A program made the translations under genes and the position numbers. This document shows positions 10,044 through 20,136 of a DNA stretch of 49,841 nt, piece by piece. The stretch comes from Citrobacter phage vB_CfrD_Brooksby. Below the pieces are notes generated by a model, which ran no database searches, was not told the DNA's origin, and saw only the letters and a list, made by a program, of their open reading frames with translations. The DNA lies in sequence record OL539443.1; one strand, written 5' to 3'. The number at the start of each line of letters is the position of its first letter. Position 1 is the stretch's first letter.

Positions 10044-10087
10044 TTATTTGATGTAATATCACCTCAATATTTAACCACTCAGGAGAA

Positions 10088-10408
10088 ATGACAATGGCTA
10101 AAATGAAATTGACTCTTGCCCCTCTTCCAGATTTCAAACTTCCAGTTAAATTTGTATTGCCGGATGGTAACGAGCAAAAAATTGTGTTTACCGTTAAGCA
10201 TAAAAAGGCCAGCGAGATTCAAGAGCTTTACCAGAAAGAAGGTATTAAAGATCCTGAATTCATCATGAATGTTGCAGTTGGTTGGGATCTGGAGGAAGAA
10301 TTCAACGAAGAAAACGCGCAACTGTTAGTTGATTATTATCCTGGCGCGGCGCTGGCTCTTATGGGATCTTATTTAAGTGCGCTGGCAGGGCAACGCGTAA
10401 AAAACTAA
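10088..10408 (+). CDS. tail assembly chaperone, upstream (G-like) frame
   Basis: Position between tail tube and tape measure; ends ...GTA AAA AAC TAA. Confidence 0.7.
   Translation: MTMAKMKLTLAPLPDFKLPVKFVLPDGNEQKIVFTVKHKKASEIQELYQKEGIKDPEFIMNVAVGWDLEEEFNEENAQLLVDYYPGAALALMGSYLSALAGQRVKN
10399..10405 (+). promoter_or_regulatory. -1 programmed ribosomal frameshift slippery heptamer A_AAA_AAC
   Basis: Heptamer in correct zero-frame phasing directly before the TAA of 10088-10408; -1 frame is open from 10405 into 10456-10725. Confidence 0.85.
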
Positions 10409-10725
10409 AACGGGCGGTTTATCTGTATTATCAGAAACCGCCGACAGATGCAGAATTGCAAGCCGTAGGATTAACCCGCGCAGACTATGAAGGAGAAGAT
10501 CCGCCAGAGGTCATATTTGATGAAAGTATGATGCAATCATGGGATATATTTTGCGCGATGGGTACACAGTGGCGTAGTGCTGGCGCTGGTGCTTACGGTT
10601 TTGATTATAATGTTTTGCCTATGTTATTCAGAATCTATAAAATAGACGATGAAGAAATGGCCTTAAATGACTTGCGCATCATGGAACAAAAAGCACTGGA
10701 AATGATGCAAGCAAATAACAAATAA
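10405..10725 (+). CDS. tail assembly chaperone, downstream (T-like) frame reached by -1 frameshift
   Basis: No stop in frame between slippery site and 10725; the track start at 10456 is only a TTG. Confidence 0.75.
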   Translation, partial: LKRAVYLYYQKPPTDAELQAVGLTRADYEGEDPPEVIFDESMMQSWDIFCAMGTQWRSAGAGAYGFDYNVLPMLFRIYKIDDEEMALNDLRIMEQKALEMMQANNK

Positions 10726-10747
10726 AGCGCCTACGGGCGCTTTTTTT
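10725..10747 (+). terminator. intercistronic terminator before tape measure gene
   Basis: AAGCGCC-TAC-GGGCGCTTTTTTT. Confidence 0.75.
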
Positions 10748-10762
10748 ATGAGGGTAAAATAT

Positions 10763-13672
10763 ATGGCTGAACAATTTGCAGGTTTAACACTTGGCGTTAA
10801 CGTCGAGCAGTTAAACAGGGCTGTAAAGTCATTGCAGGACTTTAAAAAAGCAAACGACGAAGCAAAGAAAGGCGTTGAGAGCTTTGTTAATGAGGAAGAA
10901 ATTGCAAAGCAAAGAGCAAAACAATTAGCTGATGAATTGGCGAAACAGAGCCGTGAATTTAAACGCATTCAGGACACTGTTGATCCGACAGCGGCGAAAA
11001 TGCGCAAGCTATCTCAGGCCGCAAGTGATCTTGATAAGCTATGGCAAAAGGGCATTGTTCCCGATGAAACGTTTTTCCAGTTGGGGAGTATGCTGGAAAC
11101 TCAGATCAGTAAGCTGGAGCGTAATAAAAAGGCGTTAACGGAAGAAGGCCGCGCAGCACTTGAGGAATCAAAAGCCAAAGAGAAAGCAGCGTTAGCCGGA
11201 AAAACTTTCCTTGCGGATCTGGAATCGCAAGCCGCCGCGCTTGGAAAAACAAAAGCCGAATTGCTGGAAATGAAAGCGGCGCAACTTGGCGTAAGTGCTC
11301 AGGCCGCGCCATTCATTGCACAGCTTAAAGCGCAAGAAAAACAGATGAAGTTAACCGGAATTAGCGCGGGGCAATACAAGCAAGCTATGGCGCAACTTCC
11401 GGCTCAGATCACTGACGTTGTAACGTCACTTGCTTCCGGTATGCCTGTTTGGTTGGTTGCAATCCAGCAGGGTGGACAGATTAAGGATTCTTTCGGCGGA
11501 GTTGGTAATACGTTTAAAGCGCTGTTGTCGTTTCTGAATCCGGTAAACGTTGGCCTTGCCGCCTTAGCCGTTTCAATGGGTGCTCTTGTTAAGGCTGGTT
11601 ATGATGCGTATAAGTCGCAACGTGACTTGCAAGAGGCGTTGGTGCTGACTGGTGGCTATGCTGGCACAAGCGGCGCACAGTTCGATAAGCTGGCGCAGGA
11701 CATTAATAACAGCACTGATGCGACGATAGGAAACATCCGATCCATCGCAACAGAGCTTGCAAAATCCGGCAAGTTCACGATTGATCAGATTAAAGCGATC
11801 ACAAAGACTACCGCTCAGTGGTCAACGGTAACTGGTGAATCAAGTGACAAGATAACCGATTACTTTAATAAGATTGCTGGCGATCCGGTTAAAGGTCTTG
11901 CAGAGCTAAACGAGCAATTCAACTTTTTAAGCGAAGGGCAGTTAACTTATATTGCAGACCTAGAAAAAACGAAAGGCAAAACGGAAGCAGTAACGGCGGC
12001 GACAAAGTTATTTGCTGATGTTATGGATCAGAGATTAGCTAAACTGGCAGACTCCGCAACGCCATTAGAAAAGATGTGGACGAACATTAAAAAATGGGCG
12101 TCAGATGCATGGGGTTGGGTTGGAGATCACACGCTGGCGGCGCTTAACCTGATTATTGACGTTGTAGCCGGAACAGTTGAGCAGGTTCGTTATTTGCTTA
12201 ATCAGGGTGATATTCTCATTGGTGAATTTATTGTGTCGGCAACCAAAACGATGCAAAAAATCCCAGGGCTTGATAATGTTGGCGATTCTGTTATTTCGCA
12301 GCAACAGAAGATTATCAATAACGCTAAGGAGAACAACAAGGAGCTATTAAAATCAATTACAGAACGTAACGAGCGAGTCAAAAAAGGCGAGCAGGGTTAC
12401 ATTGACATGATGAAAAATCGTGCGGCGGTTGAACAGCAATATGCGACAAAAACAAAAGAGAATATCAGGAAGGAAGCCGAGGAATTAGCCAAACGCGATA
12501 AAAAGCAAAATGCTGAAAAAGTTAAGGTATCGGCTGGCGATAAGCTGGAAGAACAATATCAGCGTGATATCCTGGCGTTAGAAACTCAATTAAGAGTTTT
12601 AAAAGAGCACAAGACGATCACTGATACCATAAGCCAGCAACGTAAATCTTTATGGGCTGAACAAGCTAAAATTCAGATTTTGCAAGAAGCCTCAACAAAA
12701 CGGCAACTTACTGATGAAGAAAAAAGCATTTTAGCCAACAAAGATAAGATCCTGGCGATGGCTGAACAAAAAGCTATTTTAGGCGATCAGATTGTTGCGC
12801 AAACGCGCCTTAATCAGTTGCAAGATAGCTCAATCAAGTTTATCCAGCAGCAGAAAGCAGCAACAGAAGCACTAGCCAAAACCAGAGGGTTAAGTGAACG
12901 TGAAGCAGCAAGAGCGGCGGAACGTGCAAAGGTTGAGGCTGATTATCTTGCCAAAGGAGGCAAGGAAGGAGATCCGCAACTCACCGCAATGATGGATGCA
13001 TTAGACAATCGCTATAAAGAGGAAGATGCTAAACGTGCTGATTGGTTGGCTGGCGCTAAAAATGCCTTTGCGGAGTACGGCGAGGAAGCAATGAACATGT
13101 ATGATAATATCGGCAACATTGCGAGCCAGGCGCTAAACGGCCTATCGCAACAAATGGCTGATTTTTTGACTACTGGACAAGCAAACTTCAAAGACTTTGC
13201 AAAATCGATCATTAGCCTTATTGTTCAGATGATCACAAAGATGGTTATCTTCAATAGCATTTCCGGCATGATGGGCGGCTCAACCTGGACGCTTGGAAGC
13301 CTTTTAAGCGGTGCTGGTTTTGCTGGAGGCGGTTATACTGGCGACGGTGGCAAATATGATCCGGCTGGCGTTGTTCATAAGGGTGAGTTTGTTTTCACCA
13401 AAGAGGCAACGCAAAGAATCGGAGCTAAAAACCTGTATCGCATGATGCGAGGTTATGCAAACGGCGGTCAAGTAGGAAGCGTGACAACTGGCGGCGCTGG
13501 CATCAATCGCGGTGCATCGCAATTTGCATTTGGTGATATCAACGTTAACATTGACAACGGTCAAGATCCAAAAGGGATGGAAACTGGTATCAAGATGATT
13601 TTCACTGAAATGATTCAACGGTCATGCTCGCAAGGTGGCGAGGTTTATAATTTTGTTCATGGGAGGGCTTAA
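10763..13672 (+). CDS. tape measure protein
   Basis: ~970 aa, coiled coils, hydrophobic segments, KQAMAQLPAQITDVVTSLASGMPVWLVAIQQGGQIKDSFGG (lambda gpH-type) and C-terminal GFAGGGYTGDGGKYDPAGVVHKGEFVF. Confidence 0.93.
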   Translation: MAEQFAGLTLGVNVEQLNRAVKSLQDFKKANDEAKKGVESFVNEEEIAKQRAKQLADELAKQSREFKRIQDTVDPTAAKMRKLSQAASDLDKLWQKGIVPDETFFQLGSMLETQISKLERNKKALTEEGRAALEESKAKEKAALAGKTFLADLESQAAALGKTKAELLEMKAAQLGVSAQAAPFIAQLKAQEKQMKLTGISAGQYKQAMAQLPAQITDVVTSLASGMPVWLVAIQQGGQIKDSFGGVGNTFKALLSFLNPVNVGLAALAVSMGALVKAGYDAYKSQRDLQEALVLTGGYAGTSGAQFDKLAQDINNSTDATIGNIRSIATELAKSGKFTIDQIKAITKTTAQWSTVTGESSDKITDYFNKIAGDPVKGLAELNEQFNFLSEGQLTYIADLEKTKGKTEAVTAATKLFADVMDQRLAKLADSATPLEKMWTNIKKWASDAWGWVGDHTLAALNLIIDVVAGTVEQVRYLLNQGDILIGEFIVSATKTMQKIPGLDNVGDSVISQQQKIINNAKENNKELLKSITERNERVKKGEQGYIDMMKNRAAVEQQYATKTKENIRKEAEELAKRDKKQNAEKVKVSAGDKLEEQYQRDILALETQLRVLKEHKTITDTISQQRKSLWAEQAKIQILQEASTKRQLTDEEKSILANKDKILAMAEQKAILGDQIVAQTRLNQLQDSSIKFIQQQKAATEALAKTRGLSEREAARAAERAKVEADYLAKGGKEGDPQLTAMMDALDNRYKEEDAKRADWLAGAKNAFAEYGEEAMNMYDNIGNIASQALNGLSQQMADFLTTGQANFKDFAKSIISLIVQMITKMVIFNSISGMMGGSTWTLGSLLSGAGFAGGGYTGDGGKYDPAGVVHKGEFVFTKEATQRIGAKNLYRMMRGYANGGQVGSVTTGGAGINRGASQFAFGDINVNIDNGQDPKGMETGIKMIFTEMIQRSCSQGGEVYNFVHGRA

Positions 13673-14019
13673 TGTTAGATGAATTTACCTGGTGTACGCA
13701 GATTCAGAGCGGCGGCGGTGTAATGACAACTACCAATAACGACAGGGAAGTTGTTTTTGGTAACGGTTATCGCCAAAAGGCATCTTCTGGATTTAACACG
13801 GAGCGGAGGGAGTTTTCTATTGTTTACGCTGGCACTGATTATAAAAAAGTGAAAGCGTTCATGACGGATCACAGATTAAAGCCTTTCTTGTGGAGGATGC
13901 CGGATGGTGATTTAGGGTTGTTTACTGTTAAAGCCGGAACGGTAGGACTAACTCCAATAAGCCCAACCGCTCAGGAAGTCAAAGCAACATTCACGGAAGA
14001 ATTTACATCCATGCGATAA
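13672..14019 (+). CDS. lambda gpM-like minor tail protein
   Basis: VVFGNGYRQKASSGFNTERREFSIVYAG, position. Confidence 0.8.
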   Translation: MLDEFTWCTQIQSGGGVMTTTNNDREVVFGNGYRQKASSGFNTERREFSIVYAGTDYKKVKAFMTDHRLKPFLWRMPDGDLGLFTVKAGTVGLTPISPTAQEVKATFTEEFTSMR

Positions 14020-14022
14020 ATC

Positions 14023-14047
14023 AAAGCCGCCATTGTGCGGCTTTTTT
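14023..14047 (+). terminator. intercistronic terminator
   Basis: AAAGCCGC-CATTGT-GCGGCTTTTTT. Confidence 0.75.
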
Positions 14048-14061
14048 ATTGTGTCTATAAT
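14033..14061 (+). promoter_or_regulatory. putative promoter fused to terminator (TTGTGC-17-TATAAT)
   Basis: Perfect TATAAT at 14056; weak -35 lies in terminator stem. Confidence 0.4.
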
Positions 14062-14086
14062 GGTGCTTTATTGGAGGGCATAGAAT

Positions 14087-14845
14087 ATGGCTGAAAAACA
14101 GATCAAAAAGACTTTTGAAAATTGTCTGCAATCGCTTTTCCCTGGTGAAATAATTACGCTTGTTGAGGTTGACGGCACAAAATTTGGTGCTCAGGTTTAC
14201 CGCTTTCATGCTGAAAATATCGCGTACACACCAGAGGAATTAATGCAAGCGCGTGAAACTGGAATATTGCCGCCGAAAGATATTAAATTTCGTGGCGAGG
14301 TTTACGGGGCGCGGCCTTTTGGGATTACTGGCATCGGATTTACAAGTAACGGAAAGGCAGAGAAACCACAATTAGCGCTTTCAAATTTAGATAGCCGCGT
14401 ATCTGCATTAATCAGATCATATAATGGCATGATGCAAGCCAAAGTAACAATTTGGGTTACATCGGCTGATTTAATTGATGAAAAAGGAAACGTGGAGGAC
14501 GGCGCATATAGAAAGCTGGTTTATTATATTGAGCGTCCGAATTTTGTTAATCAGACAGTTGCACGTTTTGAATTAACATCACCTTATGATATGGATGGAA
14601 TTATGATCCCGCCACGACTCACGCAAAGCGTTTGTTATTGGGCGCAAAGGGGATGGTATAGAAGCGGGAAAGGTTGCGGATATAACGGATCGGCAATGTT
14701 CGATAAAGACAACAATCCGGTAACAGATCCGAGCAAGGATTATTGCGCCGGAACAGTGACAGCCTGTAAATTGCGCTTTGGCGATCAAAATGAATTAGAT
14801 TTCGGCGGTTGCGCGGTTGCATCACTATTGAGGAAAAACCAATGA
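14087..14845 (+). CDS. lambda gpL-like minor tail protein (C-terminal Cys cluster)
   Basis: CYWAQRGWYRSGKGCGYNG...YCAGTVTACKLRFG. Confidence 0.85.
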   Translation: MAEKQIKKTFENCLQSLFPGEIITLVEVDGTKFGAQVYRFHAENIAYTPEELMQARETGILPPKDIKFRGEVYGARPFGITGIGFTSNGKAEKPQLALSNLDSRVSALIRSYNGMMQAKVTIWVTSADLIDEKGNVEDGAYRKLVYYIERPNFVNQTVARFELTSPYDMDGIMIPPRLTQSVCYWAQRGWYRSGKGCGYNGSAMFDKDNNPVTDPSKDYCAGTVTACKLRFGDQNELDFGGCAVASLLRKNQ

Positions 14846-15564
14846 TTAACGCAAAAATTAAACTTGAAATTATGCGCCATGCCAATGACATTTATCCTAA
14901 TGAATGTTGCGGCCTGGTAACTCAAAAATCACGCGTACAGAAATATCACCGGATCGACAACGTAAGTAAGGAGCCGGAAAAGCATTTTGAAATGGACGCT
15001 GAACAATATGCAGAAGTTGAGGACGGCGGCGCGGATATCATAGCGATAGTTCACAGCCACACAGGGGAAGGTGCAACCACAATTCCTAGCGCACACGATT
15101 TGTGCATGTGTGATGAAACTGGTGTTTCTTGGGTTATCGTTTCGATACCAGAGGGAGACATGAGAATCATAGAGCCACAATCACGGCCTTTGATTGGTCG
15201 CCCCTGGTCGCTTGGCGCTTATGATTGTTGGGGGCTTATTATGGCCTGGCATAAAGAGCAAGGCGTGATCCTGAATGATTTCCGCAAGCCGTATGAATGG
15301 TGGAAGCCGGAACATGGTGAAAACCTTTATCAAGATAATTACTTGAAAGAAGGTTTTATAGAAACAGGAGAGCCACCAAAGCCAGGTGATATGATCATAA
15401 TGCAGTTGCAAGCGCCAGTATGGAACCACGCCGGAATTTATTTAGGCAACAATCAACTATTGCATCATGCATTCGGCAAGTTGTCGCGAGTTGATTTATA
15501 TTCTGGATGGTATCATGAACACACAACAATGATTTGCAGACATAAGGATCTGAAAAATGAATAA
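14842..15564 (+). CDS. lambda gpK-like tail protein: JAMM peptidase + NlpC/P60 domains
   Basis: HANDIYPNECCGLV...HSHTGEGATTIPSAHD (JAMM) and YDCWGLI...NHAGIYLG (NlpC/P60). Confidence 0.88.
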   Translation: MINAKIKLEIMRHANDIYPNECCGLVTQKSRVQKYHRIDNVSKEPEKHFEMDAEQYAEVEDGGADIIAIVHSHTGEGATTIPSAHDLCMCDETGVSWVIVSIPEGDMRIIEPQSRPLIGRPWSLGAYDCWGLIMAWHKEQGVILNDFRKPYEWWKPEHGENLYQDNYLKEGFIETGEPPKPGDMIIMQLQAPVWNHAGIYLGNNQLLHHAFGKLSRVDLYSGWYHEHTTMICRHKDLKNE

Positions 15565-16156
15565 GGTTATCAACGTAAAATTATCAGGCTCATTAGGTCG
15601 CCGCTTTGGTGTTTTCCATAAATACGCCGTTGAGAGTTGGCCTGAATGCGTAAGGGCATTATCAAGCCAGGTTGAAGGATTCAAAGAATTTATGCAAAGT
15701 GAAATAGGTTCAAAGATGAAATTTGCAATTTTCGTTGATGGTAAAAATGTTGGCCTGAATAATGATAGCGCATGGCGTTGCGCTCGCGAGGTTAGAATTG
15801 TTCCCGTTCCAACCGGTTCAAAATCTGGAGGTTTATTTCAGGTTGTATTAGGCGCTGTAATTATGGTTGCTGCATTCTATACTGGCGGCGCTTCACTTGC
15901 TGCAATGGGGGCTTTTTCTTCATCGGCTTTTATGATGGGCGGTGCCATGGTTCTTGGCGGAGTAATGCAGATGATTAGCCCACAACAGGGAGGCATGAAA
16001 ATGGAGAGTCAAAGCGCTGAAAATAAACCATCATATGCGTTTGGTGGTGCTGTTAATACTACGGCGGCAGGTTATCCGGTATGTTTGCCATATGGTTATA
16101 GAACGGTTGGTGGCGCTGTATTCAGTGCTGGCTCATACGCAGAAGATAAACTTTAA
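15557..16156 (+). CDS. lambda gpI-like tail assembly protein
   Basis: VKLSGSLGRRFG...; Gly-rich hydrophobic C-terminus; position between gpK-like and gpJ-like. Confidence 0.85.
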   Translation: MNKVINVKLSGSLGRRFGVFHKYAVESWPECVRALSSQVEGFKEFMQSEIGSKMKFAIFVDGKNVGLNNDSAWRCAREVRIVPVPTGSKSGGLFQVVLGAVIMVAAFYTGGASLAAMGAFSSSAFMMGGAMVLGGVMQMISPQQGGMKMESQSAENKPSYAFGGAVNTTAAGYPVCLPYGYRTVGGAVFSAGSYAEDKL

Positions 16157-16163
16157 TTATATA

Positions 16164-16187
16164 AACCCGCCGTTGCGCGGGTTTTTT
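16164..16187 (+). terminator. intercistronic terminator
   Basis: AACCCGC-CGTT-GCGcGGGTTTTTT. Confidence 0.75.
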
Positions 16188-16201
16188 GTTACATGTACAA
16201 T
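16173..16201 (+). promoter_or_regulatory. putative promoter fused to terminator (TTGCGC-17-TACAAT)
   Basis: -35-like TTGCGC in the terminator arm, TACAAT at 16196. Confidence 0.4.
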
Positions 16202-16237
16202 GGCAGCACGTTTAAATAGCACAAAAGGTTAAAAGCT

Positions 16238-19200
16238 ATGATCAAAAATATGATAACTGGCAGTAAGGGCGGTTCTTCAAAGCCTCATACACCTGTTGAA
16301 ATGGAAGATAACCTAATTTCAATTAACAGGATCAGAATTCTTTTAGCCGTTTCTGATGGTGAAGCTGATCCAGACTTTTCATTGAAAGATTTATATTTTG
16401 ATGACGTTCCGGTTATGAATCAGGATGGTTCACTAAACTTTCAGAATGTTAAAGCAGAATTCAGACCAGGAACGCAAACTCAGGATTATATTCAGGGGTT
16501 TACTGATACAGCCAGCGAAATTACAGTTGCTCGCGATCTGACAGCCGCAACGCCTTATATTATTTCTGTTACCAATAAAAACCTTTCTGCGATCCGTATT
16601 AAAATTTTAATGCCTCGCGGGGTTACTCAGGAAGATAACGGAGATCTAACAGGTGTTCGCGTTGAATATGCTGTTGATATGGCTGTTGATGGTGCTGAAT
16701 ATAAAGAGGTTTTGCATGATGTAATTGAAGGTAAAACAATGAGCGGTTACGACAGAAGTCGCCGAATTGATTTACCTGTTTTCAATGATCGTGTTTTATT
16801 GCGAGTCCGTCGCCTGACAGATAGCACGTCAGCAAGGGTAACGGATCTGATTAAAATGCAAAGCTATGCGGAAATTGTAGACGCTAAATTTCGTTACCCC
16901 CTGACTGGTTTAGTATATGTTGAGTTTGACAGCGAATTATTCCCTAATGCGTTGCCGAATATCAGCATTAAGAAAAAATGGAAAATCATTAACGTTCCAT
17001 CAAATTATGATCCTATTTCCCGCACCTACTCAGGGTCATGGGATGGAACCTGGAAAAAGGCATGGAGTAATAACCCTGCTTTTGTTCTGTATGATTTGAT
17101 TACCAATCAGCGTTACGGACTCGATCAAAGAGAGTTAGGCATCGCGCTTGATAAATGGAGCATTTACGAATGTGCGCAGTATTGCGATCAGATGGTTCCA
17201 GACGGTAAAGGCGGAACAGAGCCGCGTTATCTTTGCGATGTTGTGATCCAGAGCCAGGTAGAAGCATATCAGCTTGTGCGTGATATTTGCTCAATCTTCC
17301 GTGGCATGAGCTTTTGGAATGGTGAGAGCCTTTCAATCGTGATCGATAAGCCTCGCGATGCGTCATACATCTTTACTAATGACAACGTGGTTAACGGTGA
17401 ATTCACTTACACGTTTGCCAGCGAAAAAAGCATGTACACGCAATGCAACGTGACTTTCGACGACGAACAAAACATGTATCAACAGGATGTTGAGGGAGTT
17501 TTCGAAACGGAGGCGGCGTTACGTTTTGGCTATAACAGCACGTCAATTACTGCGATTGGATGCACACGACGCAGCGAAGCCAACCGCCGTGGACGCTGGA
17601 TTTTAAAAACCAACGTCAAGAGCACAACGGTAAACTTTGCTACAGGTCTGGAAGGTATGATCCCAACCGTAGGCGATGTGATTGTTGTATCGGATAACTT
17701 TTGGTCAAGCGCTCTAACGCTGAATCTATCAGGTCGCGTGATGGAGGTTAGCGGGTTGCAGGTGTTCACGCCGTTTAAGGTTGACGCAAGAGCAGGTGAT
17801 CGCATTCTGGTAAATAAGCCTGATGGTAAACCAGTTGGTCGAACCATTGCGCGTGTAAGTGATGATGGTAAAACGCTAACTCTAAACACGACATTTGGCT
17901 TTGACGTTCAGCCAGATACCATTTTTGCAATTGAGCGAACCGATATTGCACAGCAACGATATGTTGTAACCGGAATCACTAAGGGTGACGGTGATGAAGA
18001 ATTTACCTACAACATAACGGCTGTTGAATACGATCCTAACAAATACGATGAAATTGATTATGGCGTAAACATTGATGACCGTCCGACTTCAATCGTGCAG
18101 CCTGACATTTTGCCAGCGCCGCAAAACGTCAAGATCGAATCTTATTCGCGAGTTGTCCAGGGCGCGAGCGTGGAAACAATGCACGTTTCATGGGATAAGG
18201 TTGAATATGCAAGCCTTTATGAAATGCAGTGGAGAAAAGACAATGGCAACTGGAACAACACGCCGCGCACAGCCAACAAGGAAACGGAAGTTGAAGGAAT
18301 TTATGCCGGAAACTATCACGTAAGGGTTAGATCTGTTGCAGCGAATGGTTCAGCGTCTGGATGGTCAGCCATTGTAAGCGCAGGATTAACCGGAAAAGTG
18401 GGAGAGCCGGAAAAGCCAATTAACCTTACAGCGTCTGACAATGAAGTTTTCGGAATTCGCGTAAAATGGGGTATGCCAGAAGGAAGCGGAGACACGGCAT
18501 ATATTGAGTTACATCAAGCGCCAAACGGTTCTGATGGTCATCCTATTGTTGATGAAGCAACGCTCTTAACGCTGATACCGTTCCCGCAATATGAGTATTG
18601 GCATTCAATATTGCCAGCGGGTCATGTTGTCTGGTACAAGGCAAGGGCTGTTGACAAAATCGGGAATGTTTCTGATTGGACTGATTTTGTGCGCGGCATG
18701 GCTTCCGACGATACGAGCATTATCACGGATCATATTAAGGTCGATATTGAAAATTCTGATGGCTATAAGTGGTTACAGGAAAACGCAATAAAGGCCAATG
18801 ATAAGATCCACAGCACAGCGGAATCAGTGATTGAAAACGCATTGGCGAATGATAAAGATGTGCGACGTATGCGAGTTGAAAACGGCAAGCGTAAAGCGGA
18901 GTTCTTGCAATCATTGAAACTCATTGCAGACGAAACAGAAGCCAGGGTAACGCAGGTCACTCAAATGAGTGCGCAATTTGACGAGAAATTAACGGCTCAA
19001 AATAGCGAATTGAGAGAGGTAATTGCTAACAGCACTGAAACCATTAGCCAGAGGATTGATCAGCTTACTGCTACGTTTGAGAGAGAAATTGATGGTGTTA
19101 AGCAGGATATCAAAGCGCAGATAACTGATGTTAACCAGGCAATCACCAATGAAGCGGAAGCGCGAGCGTCATCGGATAGGGCGTTATCAACTCAAATTGG

Positions 19201-20014
19201 TGATACCCAATCAGCGGTTAATCAGAAACTTGATTCATGGGTTAACGGTACAAGCGTTGGTGCGATGCACGGCGTTAAGTTGGGGATCAGGTACAACGGG
19301 CAGGAATATAGCGCAGGTATGGCGCTTTCTCTTGTCGCTGATGGTGGCGGAGTTAAATCACAATTCCTGTTTGATGCTGGACGATTCGCGATCATCAATA
19401 ACCAACAGAGCGGAGGATTTACTTTACCGTTTGTTGTTGAGAACAATCAGGTGTTTATCAATAACTTACTGGTTAAAAATGGCTCTATTGGTAATGCGCA
19501 GATTGCAGATCAGATAAACTCTAACAACTGGAGCAGCGGCGCGGCTGGATGGATGATTAACAAGGGCGGATATGCTGAATTCAACCAGATAACGGTAAGG
19601 GGTACAGTGTACGCAAACGCTGGTTCATTCACTGGTAACGTTTACGCTACTGATGGTTGGTTTAGGGGTACTGTTTACGCTGAAAAAATCGAGGGTGACG
19701 TTGCAAAGGCTGTTGTTCTTGGATTTGGTGGATCGGTTCACATTCCGGCAGTCAACTACAACAGACACCTTGTGATCCCTTATGTTGGTTTGCATGGTTA
19801 TACCTATTCTGGCGGTACGTGGGGCGGCGGTACTGTTTGGGTTGATTCAACATATGGCGGTCGCCTTGCTAACGTTCAGGCAACTGCAATGCATGGCGGA
19901 TCAAGTTGTTATGTTCTGTTGCCAGCAGGTAACGCAACTACGCTTTCATATGGTGGAAATCTAAACCACGCAAACGCAGTACCGATCTTAACAGTTCTGC
20001 TATTCAAAGCATAA
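16238..20014 (+). CDS. lambda gpJ-like central tail/host specificity protein
   Basis: 1258 aa; SGSWDGTWKKAWSNNPAFVLYDLITNQRYG, fibronectin III-like segments, C-terminal coiled coil. Confidence 0.93.
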   Translation: MIKNMITGSKGGSSKPHTPVEMEDNLISINRIRILLAVSDGEADPDFSLKDLYFDDVPVMNQDGSLNFQNVKAEFRPGTQTQDYIQGFTDTASEITVARDLTAATPYIISVTNKNLSAIRIKILMPRGVTQEDNGDLTGVRVEYAVDMAVDGAEYKEVLHDVIEGKTMSGYDRSRRIDLPVFNDRVLLRVRRLTDSTSARVTDLIKMQSYAEIVDAKFRYPLTGLVYVEFDSELFPNALPNISIKKKWKIINVPSNYDPISRTYSGSWDGTWKKAWSNNPAFVLYDLITNQRYGLDQRELGIALDKWSIYECAQYCDQMVPDGKGGTEPRYLCDVVIQSQVEAYQLVRDICSIFRGMSFWNGESLSIVIDKPRDASYIFTNDNVVNGEFTYTFASEKSMYTQCNVTFDDEQNMYQQDVEGVFETEAALRFGYNSTSITAIGCTRRSEANRRGRWILKTNVKSTTVNFATGLEGMIPTVGDVIVVSDNFWSSALTLNLSGRVMEVSGLQVFTPFKVDARAGDRILVNKPDGKPVGRTIARVSDDGKTLTLNTTFGFDVQPDTIFAIERTDIAQQRYVVTGITKGDGDEEFTYNITAVEYDPNKYDEIDYGVNIDDRPTSIVQPDILPAPQNVKIESYSRVVQGASVETMHVSWDKVEYASLYEMQWRKDNGNWNNTPRTANKETEVEGIYAGNYHVRVRSVAANGSASGWSAIVSAGLTGKVGEPEKPINLTASDNEVFGIRVKWGMPEGSGDTAYIELHQAPNGSDGHPIVDEATLLTLIPFPQYEYWHSILPAGHVVWYKARAVDKIGNVSDWTDFVRGMASDDTSIITDHIKVDIENSDGYKWLQENAIKANDKIHSTAESVIENALANDKDVRRMRVENGKRKAEFLQSLKLIADETEARVTQVTQMSAQFDEKLTAQNSELREVIANSTETISQRIDQLTATFEREIDGVKQDIKAQITDVNQAITNEAEARASSDRALSTQIGDTQSAVNQKLDSWVNGTSVGAMHGVKLGIRYNGQEYSAGMALSLVADGGGVKSQFLFDAGRFAIINNQQSGGFTLPFVVENNQVFINNLLVKNGSIGNAQIADQINSNNWSSGAAGWMINKGGYAEFNQITVRGTVYANAGSFTGNVYATDGWFRGTVYAEKIEGDVAKAVVLGFGGSVHIPAVNYNRHLVIPYVGLHGYTYSGGTWGGGTVWVDSTYGGRLANVQATAMHGGSSCYVLLPAGNATTLSYGGNLNHANAVPILTVLLFKA

Positions 20015-20136
20015 AAGGAGGTAAATCAATGCCCTGGCTTAACGGTCGGGGCATTTTGTTTTCTTTTGTTCCACGATGTTCACAACTGAATCCGGCGTAA
20101 AATTGAAAACGTCTTGATAACAAAAAGAACAAATGA

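Noticed and set aside
16217-16231. TAGCACAAAAGGTTA just before the gpJ-like start codon
   Set aside because: One base from operator 17's half-site pattern, but the 3' arm is degraded (GGTTA) and no -10 lies at 21-22 bp; it may be an orphan site or chance, so not counted in the 20.
16238-20014. Several 60-120 aa antisense and alternative-frame ORFs across the tail genes
   Set aside because: They overlap strongly supported genes, lack RBS and recognisable families; treated as spurious. The same applies to antisense ORFs elsewhere.
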